Part shown: in pieces, positions 17,697 to 27,607 of the stretch
How positions within the stretch are numbered: position 1 is the first letter of the stretch
Layout: every line of letters begins with the position of its first letter
NCBI GenBank assembly: GCA_934402055.1
Contig: CAKRTC010000005.1
Coordinates: 19,267 to 83,266 of the forward strand
Direction: 5' to 3'
From: an uncultured Lachnospiraceae bacterium
Lineage (GTDB): Bacteria > Bacillota > Clostridia > Lachnospirales > Lachnospiraceae
DNA length: 64,000 nucleotides
Notes under the pieces: model-generated
Told to the model about the DNA's origin: nothing
Seen by the model: the letters and a program-made list of their open reading frames with translations, nothing else
Database searches by the model: none
Position numbers and translations under genes: made by a program

Positions 17697-20598
17697 GAAA
17701 AGAGATATAGAGGAGCTGAACGGAACAGGTCTTCTTTATGAACATATCAAGAGCGGCGCCAAGCTCTTTGTAATAAAAAACAACGATAAGAACAAAGTAT
17801 TTACTATAGGCTTCAGGACTACACCGAAGGATTCTACAGGAGTGGCTCATATCATGGAGCATTCTGTACTCTGCGGTTCGAGAAAATATCCTCTCAAGGA
17901 CCCTTTTGTTGAGCTGGCTAAGGGCTCGCTCAATACCTTCCTTAATGCAATGACATTTCCGGATAAGACTATATATCCTATAGCATCCATGAACGACAAG
18001 GATTTCATGAATCTGATGGATGTATATATGGATTCTGTATTTTATCCTAATGTATACAAGGATGAAAGGATATTCAGACAGGAAGGCTGGCATTACGAGC
18101 TACTTAACAGAGGAAAGTCCGATGAGGAGCTTAAGATCAACGGTGTCGTATATAACGAGATGAAGGGTGCCTTCTCAAATCCGGACTCTGTACTAGAGAG
18201 CCGTATTACACGTGCGCTTTATCCGGATACTACCTATGCCAATGAATCCGGAGGACTTCCTTCGGATATACCTGAGCTTAGCTATGAGGATTTTCTTGAT
18301 TTTCACAAGAGCTACTATCACCCATCCAATTCTTATATCTATCTCTACGGAGACCTGGATGTTGAAGAGAAACTTGCATGGATAGATGACAATTATCTTT
18401 CACATTTTGACAGGATAGAAGTCGATTCACATATAGATAAGCAGCAGGCATTCAAAGAAGCTGTATCGGAGACAAGTGAGTACGCAATAGGTCTCAATGA
18501 GGACAGTGAAAACAAAGCATACCTCTCTGTCAATTTCAGCATAGAGGATGAGCCGACTCAGGTAAATGCAATCGCGTGGCAGATACTTGAATCTGTTTTG
18601 CTGAGCTCTACGGGTGCGATACTTAGAGAGGCTTTGGTCAAGGCAGGAATAGGAGAGGACATCTACGGAGGTATCTGTCAGGAAATTGCACAGCCGTTTT
18701 TTTCTGTTGTAGCCAAAAATACCGACATTAAAAAACAAAATGACTTCTTAAACATAATAAATGACACACTTATCAAGCTTGTCAAGGAAGGCATAGACAA
18801 GAAAAGCCTCAGAGCGGAGCTTAATTATCTTGAGTTCAAATTCAGAGAGAGCGATTACGGAAGCATCCCGGCCGGACTTGCCGTATGCATCAATATGTTC
18901 GGAAGCTGGCTCTATGATGACAGTCCGTTTACCTATTGCATGTACAATGATGCGATCAGAGAGCTTAAAGAGCTTATCGATACGGATTTCTTCGAGCAGA
19001 AGATACAGCGCTTCCTCATAGATAATAAGTTCAGGGCCTGTGTCAATATCGTGCCGAACAACGGCCTTACAGATAAGGAGAATGAAGCACTTAAGACAAA
19101 ACTTGCCGCATATAAGGACACACTTTCTGACAGGGAAAAAGATGAAATAGCGTCTGAGACAGAGGCACTTAAGGCATACCAGGAAGAAAAGGATGCTCCC
19201 GAGGTCATAGCCATGCTTCCTGTGCTTAAGGTGAGCGACATAGAGAAAAATGCCGAGAAGCTGAATTACACAAAGAAGCAGAACAGGATATTTACCGAGG
19301 CGGATACAAAGGGTATTGCATATGCAAGGATCATGTTCGACACTACAGGTCTTAATGAGGATGAGATACAGTTTGCCGCTCTGCTCTCGGATATACTCGG
19401 AGATATGAATACGAGTAAGCACAGCTATACCGAGCTTTATAATGAGGTATTGCTGAACACCGGAGGAATATCAGTGCTTACGGAGCCTTTCGGAACAAGA
19501 AACGGAGCCGGCTTCGGCTTCAAGGGCATGGTGTCGGCAGACATCCATACTCTTGACTCAATGGTGGAAAAGGGCTTCGAGCTTGCGGCAGAGATGATAT
19601 GTGATACCGTACTTGATGATGAGGCAAGGCTTACCGAGCTTTTGCTTGAGACCAAGAGCAGACTGAAATCAAAGATAGATTCGGCAGCACATATGCTTGC
19701 CGTTACAAGAGCATCCTCATATATATCAGAGGGTTCGAGATTTTCAGATCTCACCGCAGGCATAGCTTATTATGACTTTATCAATGCTGCATGCAGACTT
19801 ACCAAGGAACCGCTGCACATGAAGCGTTTTATCAAGTCGCTTAAAGCTGTCAGAAACCTTGTTTTTGATAAAGAACGTGTTACTTATGCAATGTACGGAA
19901 GCAAGGCTGCGGATGAGGCAATGACCAAGGCTATAGCTTCATTTGAAGCTCACCTTGCCAAGACAGAGCATAAGGCTTCAGACAAGTTAAGCACAGGCAG
20001 AGCCTTAAGTCCGATAAGCACACTTAATGAGGGCTTCAGGACAAGTGCACAGGTCAACTATGTTGCACGCTGCGGTAATTTTGCATCTGAAGGCCTTCCT
20101 TATACCGGAGTGCTCAAGGTACTCAAGGTAATGCTTAATTATGAGTATCTCTGGATCAAGCTCCGTGTACTCGGAGGAGCTTACGGATGTATGTCGGCAT
20201 TTACCAGAAACGGAAGAAGCTACCTTGTTTCATACAGAGATCCGGAAGTCAGAAAGACCAATGAGGTATATGAGGCTCTTACGGAGTATCTTGAGCAGTG
20301 GGATGCAGATGAGACTACTGTGACAAAATATATAATAGGTGCGATATCGGCGCTTGACAGACCGCTTCAGCCATCAGACAATTCGCTTACTGCTGTTGCC
20401 GACTGCTTCTTCGGAACAAGCAATGAGGAGCTTCAGCAGGAGCGAGACGAGATACTCAATTGTTCTGCCGAGGACATAAGGGGCTGTGCAGCATATATAA
20501 GAGCGCTGCTGAAAAGCGGAGCAATATGCACCATAGGAAACGAAGGACAGATAAATAAAGATGCGGAGCTCTTCAAGTCCTTGAGAGATCTGAGTTAA
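17662..20598 (+). CDS. M16C family Zn-metallopeptidase (PreP / insulinase-like)
   Basis: 978 aa. The inverted zinc motif HIMEHSVLCGSRKYP sits in an N-terminal M16 domain, and the long length is typical of PreP-like enzymes. Confidence 0.85.
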   Translation: MMNTCQSYRLIEKRDIEELNGTGLLYEHIKSGAKLFVIKNNDKNKVFTIGFRTTPKDSTGVAHIMEHSVLCGSRKYPLKDPFVELAKGSLNTFLNAMTFPDKTIYPIASMNDKDFMNLMDVYMDSVFYPNVYKDERIFRQEGWHYELLNRGKSDEELKINGVVYNEMKGAFSNPDSVLESRITRALYPDTTYANESGGLPSDIPELSYEDFLDFHKSYYHPSNSYIYLYGDLDVEEKLAWIDDNYLSHFDRIEVDSHIDKQQAFKEAVSETSEYAIGLNEDSENKAYLSVNFSIEDEPTQVNAIAWQILESVLLSSTGAILREALVKAGIGEDIYGGICQEIAQPFFSVVAKNTDIKKQNDFLNIINDTLIKLVKEGIDKKSLRAELNYLEFKFRESDYGSIPAGLAVCINMFGSWLYDDSPFTYCMYNDAIRELKELIDTDFFEQKIQRFLIDNKFRACVNIVPNNGLTDKENEALKTKLAAYKDTLSDREKDEIASETEALKAYQEEKDAPEVIAMLPVLKVSDIEKNAEKLNYTKKQNRIFTEADTKGIAYARIMFDTTGLNEDEIQFAALLSDILGDMNTSKHSYTELYNEVLLNTGGISVLTEPFGTRNGAGFGFKGMVSADIHTLDSMVEKGFELAAEMICDTVLDDEARLTELLLETKSRLKSKIDSAAHMLAVTRASSYISEGSRFSDLTAGIAYYDFINAACRLTKEPLHMKRFIKSLKAVRNLVFDKERVTYAMYGSKAADEAMTKAIASFEAHLAKTEHKASDKLSTGRALSPISTLNEGFRTSAQVNYVARCGNFASEGLPYTGVLKVLKVMLNYEYLWIKLRVLGGAYGCMSAFTRNGRSYLVSYRDPEVRKTNEVYEALTEYLEQWDADETTVTKYIIGAISALDRPLQPSDNSLTAVADCFFGTSNEELQQERDEILNCSAEDIRGCAAYIRALLKSGAICTIGNEGQINKDAELFKSLRDLS

Positions 20599-20621
20599 AC
20601 ATTGCAATAACGGAGAAATAT

Positions 20622-21527
20622 ATGAAATCAGGCTATGCAGCACTTGTGGGACGTCCGAATGTCGGCAAATCCACACTTATGAATAAGCTCATAGGGCAGA
20701 AGATCGCTATCATATCAGATCGCCCGCAGACAACAAGAGACAGGATAGAGACTGTCTATACAGATGAACGCGGACAGATCGTATTCATGGATACGCCGGG
20801 TATACATAAGGCTAAAAACAAATTAGGCGAGTACATGGACACGGTTGCCGAGAGGACCTTTTCGGATGCAGATGTCGTACTCTGGCTGGTTGAGCCTACT
20901 ACATATATAGGTGCGGGTGAGGAGCATATAGCTTCCATGCTTTCTGCGCTTAATAAGACCAAGCATCCTGTTGTGCTTGTTATTAATAAGGCAGATACCA
21001 TAAGCAATCCGTCTATGGTTGAGGATGTCATCAAGACTTATTCCGCAAAATGCGAATACAATGACATCATCTGCGTTTCTGCTGCAACAGGCAAGAATAC
21101 AGACGAGCTTATGGACACGATATTCAAGTACATGCCGGAAGGACCTATGTATTATGATGAGGAGACCGTGACCGAGATCCCTATGCGTTCGATCGCAGAG
21201 GAACTTATCAGAGAGCAGATGCTTAAATATCTTAAGGATGAGATACCTCACGGAGTTGCTGTTGTTATCAACAAGTTCAGCGAGAGGAAAAACGGTCTTT
21301 TTGATATCGAGGCAGATATAATCTGCGAGAGAGACAGTCACAAGGGAATCATTATCGGAAAGGGCGGAGCCATGCTTAAGCGCATAGGTACCGGTGCCAG
21401 AGCCGAGATAGAGGATCAGCTCGGGGCACAGATCAATTTGCGCCTTTTCGTAAAGGTCAGAAAAAACTGGCGTGATGACGAAGGCTTTATCAAGAGCTTC
21501 GGCTACGATCTTAAGAAATACAGATGA
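20622..21527 (+). CDS. era: GTPase Era
   Basis: 301 aa. [12 protein letters not shown] is the G1 motif, DTPG the G3 motif, and a C-terminal KH domain follows. Confidence 0.9.
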   Translation: MKSGYAALVGRPNVGKSTLMNKLIGQKIAIISDRPQTTRDRIETVYTDERGQIVFMDTPGIHKAKNKLGEYMDTVAERTFSDADVVLWLVEPTTYIGAGEEHIASMLSALNKTKHPVVLVINKADTISNPSMVEDVIKTYSAKCEYNDIICVSAATGKNTDELMDTIFKYMPEGPMYYDEETVTEIPMRSIAEELIREQMLKYLKDEIPHGVAVVINKFSERKNGLFDIEADIICERDSHKGIIIGKGGAMLKRIGTGARAEIEDQLGAQINLRLFVKVRKNWRDDEGFIKSFGYDLKKYR

Positions 21528-22180
21528 GCGATGAACTGACGGTAAAGGGAATAATTCTGAGTACGGCACCTCAGGGGGAGTACGGAAGGCGTATCAGGAT
21601 GCTGACGGACAAGCTTGGCAGGATCACTGTGTTTGCCGGCGGTGCTGCCAAGGCAAGTTCCAAGCTTATAGGCATGATACGTCCCATGACCTGTGCGGTC
21701 TTTAAGATAGCAAAGGGCAGGGAGGCGTATAATCTGCACGGAGCAGAGCTTATAGATGCATTTGATGATATTGCCTTTGATTTTGAAGCTTCGGTTTATG
21801 CAATGTACGTGCTTGAGGCAGGAGATTATTTTTCCGAAGAGGGTATGCCGGAGCAGGAGGCGAAGAGCCTCCTGAATCTGATGTATGTAAGCCTTAGAGC
21901 ACTCAGAGAAAAGGCACTTTCGGAAGAGCTTATAGCAAGCATATACGAGCTGAGGCTGCTTGTGCTTCAGGGCGAATATACGCTCATGCCCTCCTACTAT
22001 AAGTCCGAGGAGACTGTAGAGATTTGGCAAAGATGTATATCAGCTCCGCTAAGTTCGCTGTACAAGACAGATTATTTCAGAGTGCTTGACACAGAGGAGT
22101 TCACGGCAAATGCCAAGCTCTTGTTTGATCGTCAGGTAAAACACAGCTTCCGCACACTCGATGTTTTGAAAAAGCTGTAG
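21524..22180 (+). CDS. recO: DNA repair protein RecO
   Basis: 218 aa with an N-terminal OB fold (GIILSTAPQGEYGRRIRMLT). It follows era, as is common, and its start is coupled to the era stop. Confidence 0.75.
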   Translation: MSDELTVKGIILSTAPQGEYGRRIRMLTDKLGRITVFAGGAAKASSKLIGMIRPMTCAVFKIAKGREAYNLHGAELIDAFDDIAFDFEASVYAMYVLEAGDYFSEEGMPEQEAKSLLNLMYVSLRALREKALSEELIASIYELRLLVLQGEYTLMPSYYKSEETVEIWQRCISAPLSSLYKTDYFRVLDTEEFTANAKLLFDRQVKHSFRTLDVLKKL

Positions 22181-22199
22181 AGCAGACTCTGAGCCGACA

Positions 22200-22460
22200 T
22201 AAAGCAGCAGCCCGGAAATGAGCGGTGCTGATAGGTCTGAGATATAAAACAAGCCTTGTACAAGCTTGCGATATCGGGCGGAAAAGGGTATACTTTGCTC
22301 AAATGTATTTTATTTCATAGATAATTACGAGCTATGTAATAAAATTACGCTCCGCGGGGTGTATACTTGCGCGAATGCGGTAAAAAGTCGCAGGCGACCG
22401 CGCTCGGCGCGGGGATGTGCCAAGACGCATTCTTTTTATAAAATAAAGTAATGAGGACAA
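22200..22460 (+). promoter_or_regulatory. Long structured leader of the glycyl-tRNA synthetase gene; possible T-box-type antitermination element ending in an intrinsic terminator
   Basis: A 284-nt untranslated gap lies upstream of the glyRS gene. GAATGCG...CGCATTC with an inner CCGCGC-tcg-GCGCGG helix is followed by TTCTTTTTAT just before the RBS. The T-box-like stretch AGGCGACCGCG is only a partial match to the consensus. Confidence 0.3.
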
Positions 22461-22464
22461 GCAA

Positions 22465-23880
22465 ATGGACAGAAGTAAGTTGAAAATGGAAGATATCATT
22501 GCTCTCTGCAAGACACGTGGATTCATATATCCGGGTTCGGAGATCTACGGCGGTCTTGCCAATACCTGGGATTATGGTAATCTCGGTGTAGAGCTTAAGA
22601 ATAATGTCAAGAAGGCATGGTGGAAGAAGTTCGTTGAGGGCTCCAAGCTTAATGTCGGTGTTGACTGTGCTATCCTTATGAACCCTCAGACCTGGGTTGC
22701 TTCGGGACATCTCTCAAGCTTTTCGGATCCGCTTATGGACTGCAAGAAGTGTAAGGAGCGTTTCAGAGCAGATAAGCTTATCGAGGACTTCTGTAATGAT
22801 AACGGCAAGGATATCCCCGGAGGTTCTGCAGACAGCATGAGCCAGGCAGAGATGCAGCAGTTTATAAGCGACAATCATATCGTGTGTCCTTCATGCGGCG
22901 GATTCGACTGGACAGATATCCGCAGCTTCAACCTTATGTTCAAGACCTTCCAGGGCGTTACTGAGGATGCTAAGAATACTGTTTATCTCAGACCTGAGAC
23001 TGCACAGGGTATCTTTGTCAACTTCAAGAATGTTCAGAGAACATCAAGAAAGAAGCTCCCATTCGGTATCGGACAGATAGGAAAGTCATTCCGTAACGAG
23101 ATCACACCGGGTAACTTTACCTTCCGTACAAGAGAGTTTGAGCAGATGGAGCTTGAGTTTTTCTGCAAGCCTGATACAGACCTTGAGTGGTTTGCATACT
23201 GGAAGGAGTTCTGTATAAAGTGGCTTCAGGATCTCGGCATCAAGCCTGAGGAGATGAGAGCAAGAGATCATTCACAGGATGAGCTTACCTTCTATTCCAA
23301 GGCAACAACAGACCTTGAGTTCCTCTTCCCGTTCGGCTGGGGTGAGCTTTGGGGCATTGCCGACAGAACAAATTACGACCTTACTCAGCATATGAATGTG
23401 TCTAAGGCAGATCTTACTTATCTTGATGATGAGACCAATGAGAAGTATGTGCCTTATGTAGTAGAGCCTTCACTCGGTGCAGACAGAGTTACACTTGCCT
23501 TCCTTTGCTCGGCTTATGATGAGGAAGAGCTTGAGGGCGGTGATAAGCGTACCGTTATGCATTTCCATCCGGCACTTGCTCCGGTCAAGATCGCAGTGCT
23601 TCCGTTGTCAAAGAAGCTTAACGATAATGCAGAGAAGGTATTCGATACACTTCTTAACAAGTATTATTGCGAGTTTGATGACAGAGGAAGTATCGGTAAG
23701 AGATACCGCAGACAGGATGAGATCGGTACACCGTTCTGCATCACCTACGATTTCGAGACAGACGATCCGGAATCACCGAACTATCAGACCGTAACCATTC
23801 GTCACCGTGACAGCATGGAGCAGGAGAGAGTTAAGCTTGACGAGCTTCTTGCTTACTTTGACGGCAAGTTCGATTTCTAA
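22465..23880 (+). CDS. glyQS: Glycine--tRNA ligase (class II, alpha2 dimeric type)
   Basis: 471 aa. [31 protein letters not shown] is the typical N-terminus. Class II motifs are present. Confidence 0.9.
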   Translation: MDRSKLKMEDIIALCKTRGFIYPGSEIYGGLANTWDYGNLGVELKNNVKKAWWKKFVEGSKLNVGVDCAILMNPQTWVASGHLSSFSDPLMDCKKCKERFRADKLIEDFCNDNGKDIPGGSADSMSQAEMQQFISDNHIVCPSCGGFDWTDIRSFNLMFKTFQGVTEDAKNTVYLRPETAQGIFVNFKNVQRTSRKKLPFGIGQIGKSFRNEITPGNFTFRTREFEQMELEFFCKPDTDLEWFAYWKEFCIKWLQDLGIKPEEMRARDHSQDELTFYSKATTDLEFLFPFGWGELWGIADRTNYDLTQHMNVSKADLTYLDDETNEKYVPYVVEPSLGADRVTLAFLCSAYDEEELEGGDKRTVMHFHPALAPVKIAVLPLSKKLNDNAEKVFDTLLNKYYCEFDDRGSIGKRYRRQDEIGTPFCITYDFETDDPESPNYQTVTIRHRDSMEQERVKLDELLAYFDGKFDF

Positions 23881-23905
23881 AAGAGTCAGGCTTATCTTAG
23901 TTTAG

Positions 23906-24967
23906 ATGAAATTATTTACAAGGCTCGCCTTAACTGTTTTTATAGCGACATTTGTTCCGATAGCCCTTCTTGGTTTGATCATGAAGGGCTTTCTGACTTA
24001 TGAGAATTTTATACTGCTGACAGTGATGCTCGGTCTTTTGCTTACGGCAGGCTTATATATTTCTATCATAAGGCCGCTGGATGCCCTGAAGAGGAGCATC
24101 AACAAGGTGAAGGACGGCGATCTCAACTTCACTCTCGAAGTTGAAAATGATGATGAGATAGGAGAACTGACCGCTTCCTTTGAGGAAATGCGTATCAGAC
24201 TCAGGGATTCGCGGGAAGAGAAGCTCAACTATGATTCCGAGCTCAAGGATCTTATCAGCAATATAGCACATGATCTCAAGACTCCCATTACCACCATAAG
24301 AGGTTATGCAGAGGGCATAATGGACGGGGTTGCATCGACTCCGGAGATGAGAGATAAATATCTTAAGACTATATATAATAAATCTGTCGAGATGACGGGA
24401 CTCATAGAGGAACTGTCATTCTATGCCAAGATCGGCACAAATAAGATACCGTATAACTTCACAAGGCTTAATATCAAGGCATATTTTGATGATTGTGCCG
24501 AGGATATAGGCATAGATATGGAGGCAAAGGGCATATTATTCAGATATAAGTGCTCTGTTGAAGCCGATACCAAGGTCATAGCCGACAGTGAACAGCTTCA
24601 TAAGGTCATCAGTAATATCATAGGCAATTCGGTCAAATATATGACCATTTCTCCTAAGCGCATAGACATGGAGCTTAAGGATATAGGAGACTTTGTACAA
24701 TGTGATATAACGGATAACGGCAAAGGCGTGGACAAGAAGGATCTGAGCAAGATATTCGAGCGTTTCTACAGGACCGATACAAGCCGTAATTCTTCACAGG
24801 GCGGCAGCGGCATAGGACTTTCCATTGTCAAAAAGATAATAGAGGATCACGGAGGCAGGATATGGGCCTCTTGTGAGACAGGCTGTGGATTGAGCGTGCA
24901 CTTTATACTCAGAAAGTATGTTGAGGTTAATATAAATGGCGAAAAAGATACTGATAATCGAGGATGA
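23906..24967 (+). CDS. Sensor histidine kinase (TM-HAMP-HisKA-HATPase)
   Basis: 353 aa with two TM segments. The H-box is ISNIAHDLKTPITTIRGY, the N-box is ISNIIGNSVKY, and the G-box is GGSGIGLSIVK. Confidence 0.85.
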   Translation: MKLFTRLALTVFIATFVPIALLGLIMKGFLTYENFILLTVMLGLLLTAGLYISIIRPLDALKRSINKVKDGDLNFTLEVENDDEIGELTASFEEMRIRLRDSREEKLNYDSELKDLISNIAHDLKTPITTIRGYAEGIMDGVASTPEMRDKYLKTIYNKSVEMTGLIEELSFYAKIGTNKIPYNFTRLNIKAYFDDCAEDIGIDMEAKGILFRYKCSVEADTKVIADSEQLHKVISNIIGNSVKYMTISPKRIDMELKDIGDFVQCDITDNGKGVDKKDLSKIFERFYRTDTSRNSSQGGSGIGLSIVKKIIEDHGGRIWASCETGCGLSVHFILRKYVEVNINGEKDTDNRG

Positions 24968-25646
24968 GATAAGCATAGCAGAGCTTGAGAAGGATTATCT
25001 TGAGCTTTCGGGCTTTACCGTAGTGATGAAGCATGACGGTCTTACCGGAGAAGCCGAGGCACTGGGAAACGATTATGATCTCATAATACTTGATGTTATG
25101 CTTCCGGGAACCGACGGTTTTGACATACTTGCCAATATTCGCTCGGAGAAGAACACTCCTATAATCATGGTTACAGCCAAGAAGGAAGACATAGATAAGA
25201 TAAGAGGCTTAGGACTCGGTGCGGATGATTATATGACAAAGCCTTTCTCACCTTCTGAGCTTGTTGCAAGAGTCAAGGCACATCTTACCAGATATGAGAG
25301 GCTTGTAGGTGAAAATGCTTCGGCATTTAACGGAAGAAACAAAAAGGCAGAGCTGGTTATAAGAGGACTTAAGATCAATAAGGACTCAAGACAGGTCTGG
25401 GTAGACGGCGAAGAGAAGTCGTTGACAAGTAAGGAGTACGAGCTTTTGCTGTTTCTGGCTGAGCATCCCAATAAGGTATTTACCAAGGAAGAACTGTTCA
25501 AACAGATCTGGGAGCTTGATGCAGCCGGAGATAATGCGACTGTAACCGTACATATCAAGAAAATAAGAGAAAAAATAGAGTATAATACGGCAAAACCACA
25601 GTATATTGAGACAGTTTGGGGTGTTGGATATAGATTCAAGGTATAA
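24936..25646 (+). CDS. OmpR-family response regulator (REC plus winged-helix)
   Basis: 236 aa. KILIIEDE precedes the phosphoacceptor Asp in LIILDVMLPG. The C-terminal trans_reg_C domain contains VWGVGYRF. It overlaps the HK gene end. Confidence 0.9.
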   Translation: MAKKILIIEDEISIAELEKDYLELSGFTVVMKHDGLTGEAEALGNDYDLIILDVMLPGTDGFDILANIRSEKNTPIIMVTAKKEDIDKIRGLGLGADDYMTKPFSPSELVARVKAHLTRYERLVGENASAFNGRNKKAELVIRGLKINKDSRQVWVDGEEKSLTSKEYELLLFLAEHPNKVFTKEELFKQIWELDAAGDNATVTVHIKKIREKIEYNTAKPQYIETVWGVGYRFKV

Positions 25647-25680
25647 GCCGTTATACATAGAATAAGAGAGGTACAAAAGT

Positions 25681-26256
25681 ATGAACAGAATAATAACTAT
25701 CAGTCGTGAATTCGGAAGCGGTGGACGTACAATAGGAAAGAAGCTTGCGGAGGAACTAGGAATAAAGTGTTATGATGCCGATCTTATTCACAAGATCGCA
25801 GAGGAAAGCGGATTCAGTGAGAACTATATCAAGGATGCCGGTGAGTATACACCGGGAGGTTTCCTTTCATCGGCGCTTGCAAACAGAGCTTTCGGACAGA
25901 CCAATGAGGACTATCTCTGGAAGATACAGTATAAGATCATTTCCGAGATCGCCGAGAAGGAGTCCTGTGTCATCGTAGGAAGATGCGCTGATTATATACT
26001 TAACGGTAAGGCGGATCTGCTCAGAGTATTCATCCATGCCGATATGGATTTCCGTGCGGAGCGTATAGTCAAGGTGTACGGTGAGCGTGAGGAATCACCG
26101 GAGCAGAGACTTAAGAGCAAGGATAAGCGCCGTGCGGCTTATCACAGATTCTATACCGATATGAAGTGGGGAGATTACAAGAATTATGATATCGCTCTCA
26201 ACAGCGGTAATGTCGGTATCGATAAGTGCGTAGAGATGCTTAAGTCACTGTATTGA
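25681..26256 (+). CDS. Cytidylate-kinase-like family protein (P-loop NTPase, function unknown)
   Basis: 191 aa. ITISREFGSGGRTIGKKLAEELG matches the Cytidylate_kin2-like N-terminus. Confidence 0.65.
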   Translation: MNRIITISREFGSGGRTIGKKLAEELGIKCYDADLIHKIAEESGFSENYIKDAGEYTPGGFLSSALANRAFGQTNEDYLWKIQYKIISEIAEKESCVIVGRCADYILNGKADLLRVFIHADMDFRAERIVKVYGEREESPEQRLKSKDKRRAAYHRFYTDMKWGDYKNYDIALNSGNVGIDKCVEMLKSLY

Positions 26257-26323
26257 TATCACCGACAGGCTTTATATCCGAAATATAAATGATAATATAA
26301 TAGCTTCGGTCTTTGACCGAAGG

Positions 26324-26376
26324 GTAAAAACAAGCTGCCACATTGATGAATATCTTCATCGCTGTGACAGCTTGTT
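26324..26376 (-). terminator. Intrinsic terminator (minus strand) downstream of azlD, convergent with the cytidylate-kinase-like gene
   Basis: AACAAGCTGCCAC...GTGACAGCTTGTT forms a 13-bp stem with one mismatch around a nested GATGAA-tatc-TTCATC hairpin. A U-tract (AAAAA on plus) follows on the minus strand. Confidence 0.5.
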
Positions 26377-26482
26377 TAAAGCTTTAGTTCATGCCGACAG
26401 GTTTTGGTTCATATCCCGGTTTAGCAGCTGCGGCATAAATAATAATCCGCAAGCTGACTGAAAAAGTTCAGCTCGTTTTCGG

Positions 26483-26788
26483 TCAGAACAGCATATTCAT
26501 TATAAGAACAGCAAGACAGCAGCATATCTCAACAAGGAACATATTGCCGGTTATCCATGAGAGTACTACTCCCAGTATAAAGGCTATGATGCCGTATACC
26601 GGACTCGAGGTTGCTTCAACGATTGCCGGGAAGGTCATAAGAGCCAGAGTGACATAAGGCACATAGAACAGAAACGATTTGACGAATCTGTTTGTTATAG
26701 GCTTTCTGAGCAGGGTCAGAGGAATGACTCTTATGGCATAGGTGACCGCAAACATAACGAGTATATATAAATATATATCAGGTTTCAT
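26483..26788 (-). CDS. azlD: Branched-chain amino acid transport protein AzlD
   Basis: The AzlD fold begins at MKPDIYLYILVMFAVTYAIRVIPL. I place the start at the internal ATG preceded by GAGGAGG, not at the longer ORF start at 26845. Confidence 0.75.
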   Translation of the reverse strand: MKPDIYLYILVMFAVTYAIRVIPLTLLRKPITNRFVKSFLFYVPYVTLALMTFPAIVEATSSPVYGIIAFILGVVLSWITGNMFLVEICCCLAVLIMNMLF

Positions 26789-27605
26789 CCTCAGCCTCCT
26801 CAACTTTATGGATCTCGGCGGCTTCTGCCGCTTCTTCCTCTTCATATTCTTCCTCGACCTCGGTCACCACGGTACCGACAGTCTCTCTTACGGGAGCTAT
26901 TATTGCTGCGGCAGAAGCAATTATGATAGTTAGTATCATAACTCTTGTGCCTGAGGCCATAGTCGAAAACAGCGGAGCATAGCTTGCTGCAAGACCGATT
27001 ACAAAGCTTGCGATAACGGCAGCAAGTACATGTGGATTCTTCTTTCCAGGAGGGATCACTATGGCAAGGAACATTGCGAATATCGCAACATTCATAGCCT
27101 CAACGAATACCGGAGGAAGTATGTTTCCTACTATGACGCCGAGTATGGTTCCGAGAGCCCAACCTGATACTGAGGTGGCTATCGCCGCATACATATAAGA
27201 CGGACGCAGGTAACCCGGAGTCATGATGGCAAGCCCAAACATCTCATCAGTAAGACCGAAGCCTATGATAAGTCGCTGTATAAGGCCGGCACCGGGAGCA
27301 AACTTCTGACTTATGGCACAGCTCATAAGCAGATAGCGGGCATTTGCAATAAGTATCATGAGAGCAAGCTCAATGTATGTGGCACCCTCGGAATACAGCA
27401 ATATACCTGCGTATTCTCCGGAAGAGGAAACGCTGGTTACGCTAAGCAAAAAGCCCTGGAACGCATTGAAGCCGACGTTTCCGGCGGCAATACCGAGAGA
27501 AAATGCTACGGCAAAATAACCCAGGAAAACAGGGATCGCATCACGGGCACCCTTGGCAGGAGTCCATGCATCGCCAAAGGTGCTTGAATTTATCTTTTCT
27601 TCCAT
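26778..27605 (-). CDS. azlC: AzlC-family branched-chain amino acid permease with a ~40-aa polyacidic C-terminal tail
   Basis: 275 aa with multiple TM helices. The AzlC-like core is GYFAVAFSLGIAAG. The tail is EVEEEYEEEEAAEAAEIHKVEEAEDET. Confidence 0.8.
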   Translation of the reverse strand: MEEKINSSTFGDAWTPAKGARDAIPVFLGYFAVAFSLGIAAGNVGFNAFQGFLLSVTSVSSSGEYAGILLYSEGATYIELALMILIANARYLLMSCAISQKFAPGAGLIQRLIIGFGLTDEMFGLAIMTPGYLRPSYMYAAIATSVSGWALGTILGVIVGNILPPVFVEAMNVAIFAMFLAIVIPPGKKNPHVLAAVIASFVIGLAASYAPLFSTMASGTRVMILTIIIASAAAIIAPVRETVGTVVTEVEEEYEEEEAAEAAEIHKVEEAEDET

Positions 27606-27607
27606 CG

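Noticed and set aside
18748-19422. 224-aa minus-strand ORF antisense to the M16 peptidase gene, and similar antisense ORFs within glmM (31034-31723), tgt (45611-46480), era (20823-21569), rfbB (29244-29924), the RNAP genes (for example 51152-52099, 55860-57119, 57903-58463) and fusA/tuf (60308-60592, 62460-63038)
   Set aside because: All are nested in the opposite strand of strongly supported conserved genes, lack RBSs, and have biased Cys/Leu/Ser-rich compositions. They are shadow ORFs.
22266-22451. 61-aa ORF inside the glyRS leader
   Set aside because: It lies entirely within the structured untranslated leader and ends in the terminator helix, with no RBS and an Arg-rich composition caused by the GC-rich hairpins. 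A leader peptide is possible but unsupported.
26390-26420. tRNA-like T-loop resemblance (GGTTCATATCCCGG) in the azlD-downstream spacer
   Set aside because: No matching acceptor stem, D-arm or anticodon arm could be assembled around it. It is an isolated GTTC-like string.
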